From positions 5,458-69,457 of the forward strand of contig CACZQB010000038.1 in NCBI GenBank assembly GCA_902783255.1: a stretch of DNA of 64,000 nt, read 5' to 3'. A program made the position numbers and the translations under genes. Of the stretch, positions 29,318 to 38,358 are shown piece after piece. How positions within the stretch are numbered: the first letter of the stretch is position 1; the number at the start of each line of letters is the position of its first letter. Below the pieces are notes generated by a model that saw nothing but the letters and a program-made list of their open reading frames with translations, ran no database searches and was not told the origin of the DNA. This DNA is from Oscillospiraceae bacterium (lineage in GTDB: Bacteria; Bacillota; Clostridia; Oscillospirales; UBA644).

Positions 29318-30712
29318 TTATTCGTCCGCTTCACCGTAAACAGCTATTTTTGCGCGGTAGCAGGGGATCATATACTGCTCAACAATGTTGTCATATCGAT
29401 CCTTATTCGATTCAAGTATCTGCGATACTGAAGTTCTTGTTTCACCGACACCTTCAAGAACACTGCGCGCACCTTCGCTGTAAAAACCGTATTCCGTATT
29501 GGTAACTTCCTTTACAACTACTTCAGCATCTCTTCTGTCAAAGAAGATCTGGCTTGCCATATAATCTATTATATCTTCTTTTGTTTTGTATTTATCAAAC
29601 GGTTCAAGCATTGCGCTGAGAATAGCCGCCGATGCCGCCGGATCTTTTGCGTTTGCCGGAATAGCAAAAACATTAAGAAGGTTTTCGTTATATGAAAGAT
29701 ATTTGCCCGGAGTTGCGTGAGGACCCTGCGGAAACGGAAGGACGCCTACATTGTCCATATTATACATGATCCATCTTGTGTTTCCGGTAAGCTCGTTCAT
29801 CCATGTAAGATACATTACCGCTTCGCCGTTTACAAATTCGTCGTCGCCTACGGAGTCCGTAAGAGGATGGAAATAATCGCTGCATGTTTCATAATAAATT
29901 TTCTGAGCGCGTTCAAGCGCTTCTCTTCCGGCCTCGGTATACACGCCCGCCACTACCTGGCCGTTTTCATACGAAGAGATCGCAACGCCGTTTGAGAGAA
30001 ACATGTTGATCGCGTAATACGGACGGTGGACCCTTACTCCGTATACTGTTTTGTCACCTTCCGTGTATGTGTAATCTGCAAGCACCTCTTCAAATTTATC
30101 CCATGTCCATTCATTGTTTTCCACATAATCTCTCGGGTCCGTCTGACCGAGCTTTGCAATAAGATTTTCGTTTACCGCAAGTATGTGTCCGGAAAGTCTG
30201 TATATGATATCGGGCCATGCAAACGGAACAACACCGAAAAGATCGTCTTCCCAGAGCATTTGCTGCAGCATATTCGGAGTTCCCCATTTTTCCGTATTCT
30301 GAACGTCAATATACTGTGAAAGACCTGCCAGATATCCTGCGCGCACATCGGGCATTAAATAACCGTCTGCGGCGATTATATCGTAGTCCTGATATCCCGC
30401 GAGTATACCTGCGCGAAAATTCTCAAGAAGACTTGATGAAAATCTGAGTTCAACTGTGCATTTCAGGGAATCTTCAACATCTTTTCTTCGTGCAATCACG
30501 ATGTCGGCATTTTCAGTGTCGGGTATAAAGCCGAAAACAGAGCTGCCTTCGCTTCCCTTCCAGCACCATACGGCTTTAAATCCGCCAAGGTCTGCCCCGG
30601 AGGTATCCACGTCAAATTCGGGAACGGTTTCGGGTTGCTCGGTCGTGCCGCAGGCGCATAAACCAAATGCAGCTATCAGCGCGAGAATAACAATACGTCC
30701 AAATACTTTCAT
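29318..30712 (-). CDS. Orphan lipoprotein, solute-binding-protein-like, paralog family member 1
   Basis: 464 aa with a signal peptide and Cys lipobox (AFGLCACG). It shares long conserved blocks with 62659->64000 and more loosely with 34979-36406. No adjacent ABC permease or ATPase. Confidence 0.7.
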   Translation of the reverse strand: MKVFGRIVILALIAAFGLCACGTTEQPETVPEFDVDTSGADLGGFKAVWCWKGSEGSSVFGFIPDTENADIVIARRKDVEDSLKCTVELRFSSSLLENFRAGILAGYQDYDIIAADGYLMPDVRAGYLAGLSQYIDVQNTEKWGTPNMLQQMLWEDDLFGVVPFAWPDIIYRLSGHILAVNENLIAKLGQTDPRDYVENNEWTWDKFEEVLADYTYTEGDKTVYGVRVHRPYYAINMFLSNGVAISSYENGQVVAGVYTEAGREALERAQKIYYETCSDYFHPLTDSVGDDEFVNGEAVMYLTWMNELTGNTRWIMYNMDNVGVLPFPQGPHATPGKYLSYNENLLNVFAIPANAKDPAASAAILSAMLEPFDKYKTKEDIIDYMASQIFFDRRDAEVVVKEVTNTEYGFYSEGARSVLEGVGETRTSVSQILESNKDRYDNIVEQYMIPCYRAKIAVYGEADE

Positions 30713-30783
30713 GCTGATTTCCTTTCTGTTGTTTCATCGTTTGTTATTTGCAAGTTAACGAATTTCGGTTTTTGTCTTTTCAT

Positions 30784-30812
30784 ATCATACCATAAAATCA
30801 AAAAAAAATCAA
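30784..30812 (-). promoter_or_regulatory. Sigma-70-type promoter for lipoprotein 29318-30712
   Basis: On the - strand: TTGATT, 17 nt, TATGAT, with TG at the extended -10 position. Confidence 0.5.
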
Positions 30813-30844
30813 TATGGACAAGTCGTTTTCAAGCATATTTTTAT

Positions 30845-30873
30845 TTGACTTTATTTAAATTCTGTTATATAAT
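30845..30873 (+). promoter_or_regulatory. Sigma-70-type promoter for 30909-31304
   Basis: TTGACT (30845-30850), 17 nt, TATAAT (30868-30873). Confidence 0.6.
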
Positions 30874-30908
30874 GAATAATAACAAAATAAACTCTGAAAG
30901 AAGCTCAA

Positions 30909-31304
30909 ATGAAATTCAAACACACTTCAAGACCCGGGTTTCTGCTCGGTTTTATCGACTTTTTCACAGCCGGCCTGTTTTTCCTTATCTATATGCTGTT
31001 CGGAGGTTTGCAAAGCGAACTTGAGACGATTCTCGGACATAAAATACAGCCATATTATCAGGCGTATCTGCTCGGCATCCCCACTCTTTTCATATATACT
31101 CTTGTGTGGATGGCGAACATATCGGAAGAACTCAAAGAAAAAGCCGAAAAAATGGGTATTCCCGGTCCTCATACGTCATGGAAGCATATGTTCTGGTGGA
31201 ATATGCTCGGTTGCTTTTGTTTCGGACCGATGATCGCCACACACCGTTTCTTCGACACTCTGAACAGAATCGAATCATCGATAAATCAGGAAAGCCGACC
31301 GTGA
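30909..31304 (+). CDS. Small membrane protein (DUF4234-like)
   Basis: 131 aa with two or three hydrophobic helices. The family assignment is from memory only. Confidence 0.4.
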   Translation: MKFKHTSRPGFLLGFIDFFTAGLFFLIYMLFGGLQSELETILGHKIQPYYQAYLLGIPTLFIYTLVWMANISEELKEKAEKMGIPGPHTSWKHMFWWNMLGCFCFGPMIATHRFFDTLNRIESSINQESRP

Positions 31305-31361
31305 GATCATACATATCATCAATAATCTTCTGCTTATTTCATTCTGTTTTTCTGCCATAGC

Positions 31362-31403
31362 GAAAAAAAATAAAAACGCCTCTGCATCAATAGCGGAGGC
31401 GTT
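31362..31403. terminator. Terminator between convergent 30909-31304 (+) and cstA (-)
   Basis: AACGCCTCTGC (31375-31385) pairs with GCGGAGGCGTT (31393-31403). The A-rich run at 31362-31374 gives a strong U-tract on the - strand. Confidence 0.7.
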
Positions 31404-31411
31404 TATGCTTT

Positions 31412-32857
31412 TCAGTTGGTTTTATTTTTACTTAAATTGCATATCAGCAAAACGATGTAAATGATAAAGATTATCGCTGCGCAAGCAGCTCCCAAGGCGT
31501 ATGATATTGTTTTATCGAGATGAAAACCTTCATTTGCCATAAGGATATATGTAACGCTTACAGCAGTCATGAAAGCTGCGGGAACGGCGGTAATAAGAGA
31601 TCCGAATCTGTATTTTCCTTTTTTTAACAGATATGCGGTAGATACCCACAGCGAGATCATTGCAAGTGTCTGATTGCTCCAAGAAAAGTATCTCCATATA
31701 ACCTGAAATCCGTTGTCGTTGAGCATGGCAAACAGCGTAAGCAGTCCGCCGGCAATCAGTAGCGGAATGGTTATATACAGCCTGTTTATAAGTTTTTTCT
31801 GATTAAGACCGAATGATTCCGCAAGAATAAGTCTTGCGCTTCGAAAAGCAGTATCTCCCGATGTTATCGGGCATATTACCACTCCCGCAACGGCAAGAAT
31901 ACCTCCTGCAGGACCGAGTACGCCGGTTGATATTTCGTAAACTACGTTTGATGTGCCGCTTGCAAGAGCCTGATTGAGAAGCTGGGTTGATCCGTAAAAC
32001 GAAACACCGGCTGCTGCCCATACGAGCGCGATCACCGACTCGCTTATCATAGCGCCGTAAAATACTTTTCTGCCTGCTTTTTCGGATGTTATGCATTTTG
32101 CTATCATCGGCGACTGTGTTGCGTGAAATCCCGATACCGCGCCGCAAGCCACTGTTACAAACATATAAGGCCATACAGGTGTTCCGTCAGGATGCAGATT
32201 TGATAATGATATTTCGGGAATCGTGTATGTCCCTCCCGAAAAAACAATACCGCATATAACCGCAACAGCCATCGTTATCAGTAAAATTCCGAAAACGGGA
32301 TACAGTTTGCCTATAAGTTTGTCTATCGGCAGCAGTGTTGCAAGAAGATAATATATAAGTATAACAACAGTCCAGAATGTTCCGTTCATCCAGTCCGGAG
32401 TAAGCTTGTCAAGAAGACCTGCGGGGCTTGTAACAAACACTGTTCCGCAAAGGACAAGCAAAAGAACTGAAAAAATGCGCATGATTACTTTGACTGCTTT
32501 GCCGAGGTATGTTCCCGAAAGCTCCGCAACGGATGCCCCGTCATGCCGCAGACTTATCATTCCGCTCATGTAATCATGAACGGCTCCTCCGAGAACAGAA
32601 CCGAAAACGATCCATAAAAACACAACCGGGCCGAAAACTGCGCCCATAAGCGCGCCGAATATCGGTCCTGTGCCAGCGATATTGAGCAACTGGATAAGAA
32701 AAGCCTTCCATGTTTTCATCGGAACAAAGTCAACGCCGTCATTAATCGTTAATGCAGGCGTTGCTCTGTCATCGGGCGAAAAAACTTTTTCGGTTATTTT
32801 ACCGTATACAAAATAACCTATTATAAGAACTGCAAAAGATGCCAGCAAAGAAAACAT
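31412..32857 (-). CDS. cstA: Carbon starvation protein A family transporter (CstA)
   Basis: 481 aa polytopic protein with the CstA-type N-terminus (...VDFVPMKTWKAFLIQLLNIAGTGPIFGALMGA...). Confidence 0.85.
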   Translation of the reverse strand: MFSLLASFAVLIIGYFVYGKITEKVFSPDDRATPALTINDGVDFVPMKTWKAFLIQLLNIAGTGPIFGALMGAVFGPVVFLWIVFGSVLGGAVHDYMSGMISLRHDGASVAELSGTYLGKAVKVIMRIFSVLLLVLCGTVFVTSPAGLLDKLTPDWMNGTFWTVVILIYYLLATLLPIDKLIGKLYPVFGILLITMAVAVICGIVFSGGTYTIPEISLSNLHPDGTPVWPYMFVTVACGAVSGFHATQSPMIAKCITSEKAGRKVFYGAMISESVIALVWAAAGVSFYGSTQLLNQALASGTSNVVYEISTGVLGPAGGILAVAGVVICPITSGDTAFRSARLILAESFGLNQKKLINRLYITIPLLIAGGLLTLFAMLNDNGFQVIWRYFSWSNQTLAMISLWVSTAYLLKKGKYRFGSLITAVPAAFMTAVSVTYILMANEGFHLDKTISYALGAACAAIIFIIYIVLLICNLSKNKTN

Positions 32858-32950
32858 TTTATTCTCCGAAACTTGATTTTAAAATATAAGTATATAATAG
32901 GAAAATCACGGCGGTAAAACGTGGCAGCAGTGATTTTGAAATATGTGAAA

Positions 32951-33523
32951 TCAGCTGTTCGTTCTGTCGGAACAGTAAATTTGTTCCCAGTGTTCTCTTG
33001 TCATCAGGTTTACGTGACCTTTGCGCAATTCTCCCATCTGCGGCACAGGCACATTGTCACTCGTCCATTGATACACAAATCCGAGTTTTTCCTGCACCCG
33101 CTTCGATTTCTCGTTTCCGTCGAAATAACCGCACCATACTCTCTCAAGATCCAGGTCTTCAAATGCGTGGCGCAGCATTTCCTTCGCTGCTTCGGGAATT
33201 AGCCCCTGACCCCAGTAGGGAACGCCTATCCAGTAACCGAGTTCAGCTTCATCGTCTTTTGTCGTCAGACCGCTGTTAATCAGACCGCTGTTAAAATGAA
33301 GACCGATACTGCCTACTGGCAAATTTGTTTCTCTAAGCACGACCGCATAAGTTTCCGGAACGGCAAGAAAATCTTTTATTATCTGTCTGCTGTTTTCCGC
33401 ACTTGTGTGAACGGGCCATCCCGCAGCAGGACCGACGCGCGGATCTTTCGCGTATTTAAAGCATTCTTCCGCGTCATCTTCAGTCCACGGACGCAGAATA
33501 GTTCTCTTTGTCTGTAAAATCAT
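32951..33523 (-). CDS. GNAT family N-acetyltransferase (RimJ/RimL-like)
   Basis: 190 aa. The pattern TKRTILRPWTEDDAEE...LGYWIGVPYWGQGLIPEAAKEML is typical of this GNAT subgroup. Confidence 0.75.
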   Translation of the reverse strand: MILQTKRTILRPWTEDDAEECFKYAKDPRVGPAAGWPVHTSAENSRQIIKDFLAVPETYAVVLRETNLPVGSIGLHFNSGLINSGLTTKDDEAELGYWIGVPYWGQGLIPEAAKEMLRHAFEDLDLERVWCGYFDGNEKSKRVQEKLGFVYQWTSDNVPVPQMGELRKGHVNLMTREHWEQIYCSDRTNS

Positions 33524-34088
33524 TGATTCTTCTTTCCATCTGTTTTGATTTTCTTTTTTTTCTGATTATCAGACTGACCGAAAAATATATCACAGCACCT
33601 GTCAGCGCTCCGAGCGTGTTGAGGATGAGATCGTCGGCGTCCGTCATTCTTTCATATAAAAGCAGCTGCGAAAGTTCTATAAAAAGCGAAAAACCGAGTC
33701 CTGCCGCCGTGACCTTCAATATGTTGTTCATTTTTTTAAAGCAAAACGGCCATATAATACCGATCGGAATAAAAAGGATTATGTTTCCGATTAGATTTCG
33801 AAGCCATCCGGCATATCTGTCAAAAATATGTATTATCGGGACTGGATTAAGCAGGGGAGGAATAATCCTTTCCGAATCGAATTTCATTGTTCCGATCTGC
33901 CCGGATGCAAAATTCATGGGAAAATAAACTATCATAGCCATTATTTCAATATAAAAATAGAAAATCAGAAGTTTCAGCTCGTGCCTGATGTCGATTTTGC
34001 GGTTTTTCAATGCAACTATGGCACGAACAATCACCCATAAAACGGTTATGAACGTAAAAACGGTTATGTAAGGTATTTCTGCCATCAT
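33480..34088 (-). CDS. VanZ family membrane protein
   Basis: I moved the start to MMAEIPYITVF (34088), which removes the track ORF's overlap with the upstream gene. Four hydrophobic helices show a VanZ-like pattern. Confidence 0.6.
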   Translation of the reverse strand: MMAEIPYITVFTFITVLWVIVRAIVALKNRKIDIRHELKLLIFYFYIEIMAMIVYFPMNFASGQIGTMKFDSERIIPPLLNPVPIIHIFDRYAGWLRNLIGNIILFIPIGIIWPFCFKKMNNILKVTAAGLGFSLFIELSQLLLYERMTDADDLILNTLGALTGAVIYFSVSLIIRKKRKSKQMERRINDFTDKENYSASVD

Positions 34089-34119
34089 GATCGTATTGCG
34101 CTTTCCTTTTTTGTTTAGT

Positions 34120-34803
34120 TTATTGTATTTTGAGCTTTTTAAGATATTCCTTTTTATCAGAGGAAATTCTGTAACTTTCCACAGCTTTCTGGATCGTTTT
34201 ATTGTGTGTCCACTTATCAAGGCGTTTTTGTTCGATATACGGAATGACCGTTTCATACTGTTTTGCGAGAGCAGTCGCAAAATACCATGCGATCATCATA
34301 TTCACATAATATTCATCGGAATGTATTTCAAAAACTATTTCGGGGTATTCAGGATCAAAACCTTCGTCAAGAAAATGCTGCATAAGCATACCGATGCCGA
34401 ACCTGATCGTATATGTTTTTTCGGAAGCTATCCAGTTCTTTATTTCCTCATAAAGTCTGATGCGGTTCTTTCCGAAAACTTTTGGTGAAAGCTGGTCACA
34501 TGTCGCCCAATTGTCGATATATGGTAAAAAATCATTGACTCTGCCGATACATTCGTCATAATTTTTCAGTTCGGAAATAATAAATGCGTGAAGCTGATTT
34601 TCTTCAAAATATAAGTGAGGCAGACTGTTCAGAAAATTGTCCGTGTCATTTTCTTTGATCAGTATTTTAGCGTATCTGCGCAACTCCGGCGTGCGAACGC
34701 CCAATACGGTTTCGGGACTTACCGAAGGAATAATACGGCACTGGAAAACGCGATATTTTTCGTCTGCCAGAGAAAAAAGCATTTTTCTGATACTTTCAGG
34801 CAC
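34120..34803 (-). CDS. DNA alkylation repair enzyme (AlkD-like HEAT-repeat family)
   Basis: 227 aa. The pattern LADEKYRVFQCRIIP...VLGVRTPELRRYAK is typical of the DNA_alkylation family. Confidence 0.7.
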   Translation of the reverse strand: MPESIRKMLFSLADEKYRVFQCRIIPSVSPETVLGVRTPELRRYAKILIKENDTDNFLNSLPHLYFEENQLHAFIISELKNYDECIGRVNDFLPYIDNWATCDQLSPKVFGKNRIRLYEEIKNWIASEKTYTIRFGIGMLMQHFLDEGFDPEYPEIVFEIHSDEYYVNMMIAWYFATALAKQYETVIPYIEQKRLDKWTHNKTIQKAVESYRISSDKKEYLKKLKIQ

Positions 34804-34920
34804 TTAAGGCTCCCCCATATTCATGCAGTTCCGATCTCTTTTGCGAATATTGTTCCGCAAATAATTATTGTTATTACAGTATACAACATAAACTGCATAA
34901 TGTCAACACATTTTATTCAG

Positions 34921-34958
34921 AAAAAAGCTGTCTCCGTGATCCGGAGACAGCCTTTTCT
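34921..34958. terminator. Bidirectional terminator-like hairpin downstream of lipoprotein 34979-36406
   Basis: GCTGTCTCCG (34927-34936) pairs with CGGAGACAGC (34942-34951). An A6 run lies upstream and a T-rich stretch downstream. Confidence 0.7.
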
Positions 34959-34978
34959 GAAAAGAGGCTATTCAATTA

Positions 34979-36406
34979 TCAATCGTGGAACATTTCATCA
35001 TATTCATAAAGAGTCTGGTATGCGGGGAGCACGTATTTTTCGGCGTTTTCATACTGCGCCGTTTCATAGGTCTGCAGTCCTCTTGCTATGCCGTTGCCGG
35101 GGAACTGGTCAAACATAGTGCTGAAACTGTGCATATGATCATGATAATATACATGGTTGTTTTTAGTCATCTCAACAAAGAACTTCGCATCGCGGATGTC
35201 GCTGAAATAATTCTTATACATATAATCTATTATGTCGTCTTCAGTTTCGTATCCTGCAAACGGTTCATAGATCTTATCAAGAACAAAACCTGATATTTCG
35301 GGGTCTTTTGCTGTAAGGGGAATGCACATGGTAAAGTCGGCGGAGGAATAAGATGTTTTATAGTCATCCTGTCCTTTCGCATTAGGACCTACCGGCATAG
35401 GCAGAACAGCAAAGTTATCCATGCGGTATGCAAGAGAGTCTGTTGTGGAATAAATCTGCCATGAGCTCAGAAGAGACATTACCGTTTCGCCGTCTGCGAC
35501 CATTCTCAGAAATTCATCGCCCGAACCGTTGCTCAGCACATTCGATACGGTATCTCCATAGAACCATGCGTAAGCCTGATTATACGCCTCTACTGCAGGC
35601 TGAGAGAAGTATCCGAGTGTGAAAGTGCCGTTATCGTTGAAGGTAAATACATCCACACCGTTGGACATTGCAAGCTCTCTTGAAAATCCGCCAAAGCCCG
35701 AAGCAAGAGAATATACGGGTTCGTTTGTTACCTGATTTGTATGAGCATATGTTTTTATGCAGTTGTCAAAGGAGCTCCAGTTCCATTCGGAGTTCTCGAA
35801 AAGATCTCTGGGGTCTGTTGCCTGAATGCTTGAAATGCCGTCTTCATTTACAACAAGAACGCAGTCTATCGAGTTGGAAAGCCGCATCGGATGTGCTGCC
35901 GGAAGCACGCCGTAGATCCCTCCGTTGAACATCGTTGAAACCAGCATGTATCTGTTGCCCCATTTTGATTCGTCAAACACATCCAGACTGTCGAGTGTTA
36001 CGAGGTTTACAAAAGCGTTGGCTCTTACGTAATTAACAAGGAAGAACGACTCTTCAGTGATAAAGTCGAAAAGATATACACCGGCAACGGCGGAATTATA
36101 CGCAAGTTCTCCTGATCTGTTGACATAATCAAATTTTATTTTGCAGTTATACTTTGATTGAACATCGTTCAGTCTCTGTCTTGCAAGATCGCCGAATTCC
36201 GTATTGTTGGTGTAGCTGAGCGTTGAGTCGGCACCTTCAAAAAAATAGTCCTGAACAATACCCATTATAAGCGTTTGTCCCGCAAGGTCTACAGACGATT
36301 CCAGAGCAGAGTCGTCATATTCCGGCACGATCTCTTCAGGCGCCGCGCATGAAACGCAGAGAAGAAAGAAGATAATGCTTAAAACAGAAGCGATCAGTCT
36401 TTTCAT
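34979..36406 (-). CDS. Orphan lipoprotein, solute-binding-protein-like, paralog family member 2 (divergent)
   Basis: 475 aa with a signal peptide ending ...LLCVSCAAPEE. It shares the blocks MDNFAVLPMPVGP, DPRDLFENSEWNWSSFDN and AKDPEISGFVLDKIYEPF with the other two members. Confidence 0.65.
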   Translation of the reverse strand: MKRLIASVLSIIFFLLCVSCAAPEEIVPEYDDSALESSVDLAGQTLIMGIVQDYFFEGADSTLSYTNNTEFGDLARQRLNDVQSKYNCKIKFDYVNRSGELAYNSAVAGVYLFDFITEESFFLVNYVRANAFVNLVTLDSLDVFDESKWGNRYMLVSTMFNGGIYGVLPAAHPMRLSNSIDCVLVVNEDGISSIQATDPRDLFENSEWNWSSFDNCIKTYAHTNQVTNEPVYSLASGFGGFSRELAMSNGVDVFTFNDNGTFTLGYFSQPAVEAYNQAYAWFYGDTVSNVLSNGSGDEFLRMVADGETVMSLLSSWQIYSTTDSLAYRMDNFAVLPMPVGPNAKGQDDYKTSYSSADFTMCIPLTAKDPEISGFVLDKIYEPFAGYETEDDIIDYMYKNYFSDIRDAKFFVEMTKNNHVYYHDHMHSFSTMFDQFPGNGIARGLQTYETAQYENAEKYVLPAYQTLYEYDEMFHD

Positions 36407-36441
36407 TTTAAATCCGTTCCTTTTCTGAAATGATATGTAGT

Positions 36442-36470
36442 ATTATAAATTATTTTATCGTAAATGTCAA
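36442..36470 (-). promoter_or_regulatory. Consensus sigma-70 promoter for lipoprotein 34979-36406
   Basis: On the - strand: TTGACA (complement of 36465-36470), exactly 17 nt, TATAAT (complement of 36442-36447). Confidence 0.7.
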
Positions 36471-36511
36471 TAAGTATTTGCGGCTTTTTACCAACAACGC
36501 ATATCTCTTGT

Positions 36512-37333
36512 TCATTCATCCTTTTCGTCTTCGTTTACGATCCTTACGGCAATCCTTTCTTCCGGATCGTCTATGCCGTTGCTGCTCAGCGCCTTACTGC
36601 ATTTTTCGATAAGATCGAAATAAACGTCCCAGTATTTTGCAGTATCGCACCACGCCCTGACGGTAAAAATATATGTATCGTCGTCTACAGCCGTCAGTCT
36701 CGCGAACGGCGCGGGATCTTCAAGAACACCTTCCGTATCTCTTGCCGCATCGATAAGCACAGATTTTACTATCTCCTGATCTATATCATTTGTGATCTTG
36801 AAATCAAGGTCAACTCTTCGTATTTTTTCTGAAGTAAGATTCGTGATATTTGAGTTCATCAGATCGCCGTTCGGCACAAGCACAAGCCTGTTGTCAAGAG
36901 TAAGCAGTTTTGTATAAAAAATACTGATATCCTTCACAACGCCCTCGGCGTCAGAGACCTGAACGTAATCGTTAAGTTTGAAGGGCTTGAAGATCATGAT
37001 CAGAAATCCTCCCGCTAAATTTGCAAGCGATCCCTGAAACGCCAGTCCGACGGCAAGTCCTCCGGAAGCTACAAGCGCCGCAACGCTTGTCATAGGCACA
37101 CCGAGTATCTCTATAATGCCTATAAGAAGCAGAATGTAAAGAACGATTTTGATAATTTTTGAAATCACGGTTTTGACCGCGGGGTCAAATTTCGTTTTTT
37201 CAAGCTGCTTTACCGCAACTTTAGAAAGCAGTTTGATAATTATAAGTCCTATTACGGCAACAGCAATGGCGAGCAGCACTTTGCCTCCTGATGTTGTGCC
37301 AATTTCGATAGACTTGCTGATAAACTCTTCCAT
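36512..37333 (-). CDS. mscS: Small-conductance mechanosensitive channel (MscS family)
   Basis: 273 aa with three N-terminal TM helices and the MscS beta-domain block PFKLNDYVQV...GVVKDISIFYTKLLTLDNRLVLVPNG. Confidence 0.85.
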   Translation of the reverse strand: MEEFISKSIEIGTTSGGKVLLAIAVAVIGLIIIKLLSKVAVKQLEKTKFDPAVKTVISKIIKIVLYILLLIGIIEILGVPMTSVAALVASGGLAVGLAFQGSLANLAGGFLIMIFKPFKLNDYVQVSDAEGVVKDISIFYTKLLTLDNRLVLVPNGDLMNSNITNLTSEKIRRVDLDFKITNDIDQEIVKSVLIDAARDTEGVLEDPAPFARLTAVDDDTYIFTVRAWCDTAKYWDVYFDLIEKCSKALSSNGIDDPEERIAVRIVNEDEKDE

Positions 37334-37564
37334 AAAATCAACTCCGTTTTGATTCGAATAATTGTTTTATCCCCGATCCCGCCCTCATCTGAACGTCGGC
37401 AATAGGTATTGACAATACATAATAACGGTGCAGATGTAACATTACAGGGCATACATTGTAAATACGGAGATTCGAACTCCATGCGCGCCCCTGCACATTA
37501 CCACGACACAGTTCATTCTCAACTGCGGGAGATCATGCCCGCCCGGTCAGACTACTCACATTTT

Positions 37565-38017
37565 TCAAATCAGATCCGTCGTCCAGTTAAGACTCTGTAT
37601 CAGTTCGTCAGTCTCGCGAAGCTGTTTGGCAAGATCATCTGTTTCTTTTCTCAGCTTTGCAACATCAACGGTGCTGTTGATTCTGATTTCCGTTTTTGAA
37701 TATCTCGTCACTCTTGAGCTTGCCTCGTCAAGAAAACTTCTCAGTATTTTTATCCGGTTCGACAGACAGTCTCTTTTGGCTATCAGCTCTGTGATGCTTT
37801 TTCCGTTGTATTTCGTTTCGTTATTTGTTATGTTTATATGCGCAATAAGCTCTTCAAGCCTTAAAAATGCGCTGTTCAGTTCATCAATAAGCCCGTAAGG
37901 GTTCTCGTCTGGTTCGTCGCCTTCCTGAACTTTTGCATTCATATTCAGTCTTGTTGACAATCCGGATATTTTGCGCTGGATATCGGCTCTTTCCGACAAT
38001 GCAGTAGCTAATTTCAT
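37565..38017 (-). CDS. DIP1984-family protein (septicolysin-like, function unknown)
   Basis: I moved the start to MKLATALSERADIQ (38017), which has an AAGGAAGGA RBS. Coiled-coil-rich, about 150 aa. The family is recalled from memory. Confidence 0.5.
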   Translation of the reverse strand: MKLATALSERADIQRKISGLSTRLNMNAKVQEGDEPDENPYGLIDELNSAFLRLEELIAHINITNNETKYNGKSITELIAKRDCLSNRIKILRSFLDEASSRVTRYSKTEIRINSTVDVAKLRKETDDLAKQLRETDELIQSLNWTTDLI

Positions 38018-38216
38018 ATGTTGATCATCCTTCCTTTTAAACCATTTAGTCATATTCCGTATCGACAATATTTACATTTGTTTTGACTGCCTTTTTTTCA
38101 GTTTACCACATTTCTTCCGTAAAGTCAATATAATTATGTGTAAATATCAAATTGTAATCAATGTTTGAAGTTTGATCTAACTCGTCAATATATTTACAAA
38201 ATGACTGTTTTTTTTA

Positions 38217-38245
38217 TTGACTTGAAAAATCGTAAATGATAAAAT
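38217..38245 (+). promoter_or_regulatory. Sigma-70-type promoter of the corrinoid uptake / B12 operon
   Basis: TTGACT (38217-38222), 17 nt, TAAAAT (38240-38245), preceded by TGa (extended -10). This leaves a leader of about 110 nt before the ATG at 38359. Confidence 0.6.
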
Positions 38246-38358
38246 ATCTCGCTGAGAATGGGTAGTTTCGGCAAAAATTTAAATTATATAGATTTAATGA
38301 CCTTTTTCGGTGTTGTTACTAAATTATTCAATAATATAAACATATTTGGAGGATTTTT

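Noticed and set aside
37460-37500. Possible tRNA or tmRNA fragment, because of the GGAGTTCGAATCTCC T-arm on the - strand.
   Set aside because: I could not build an acceptor stem, a D-arm or an anticodon arm around it on either strand, and there is no CCA-proximal acceptor sequence. It is reported only as part of a structured spacer.
38069-38358. Expected cobalamin riboswitch in the leader of the B12 operon.
   Set aside because: The region is extremely AT-rich, with no B12-box-like GC-rich core. I therefore did not annotate a riboswitch. The absence is recorded as a finding and needs an Infernal check.
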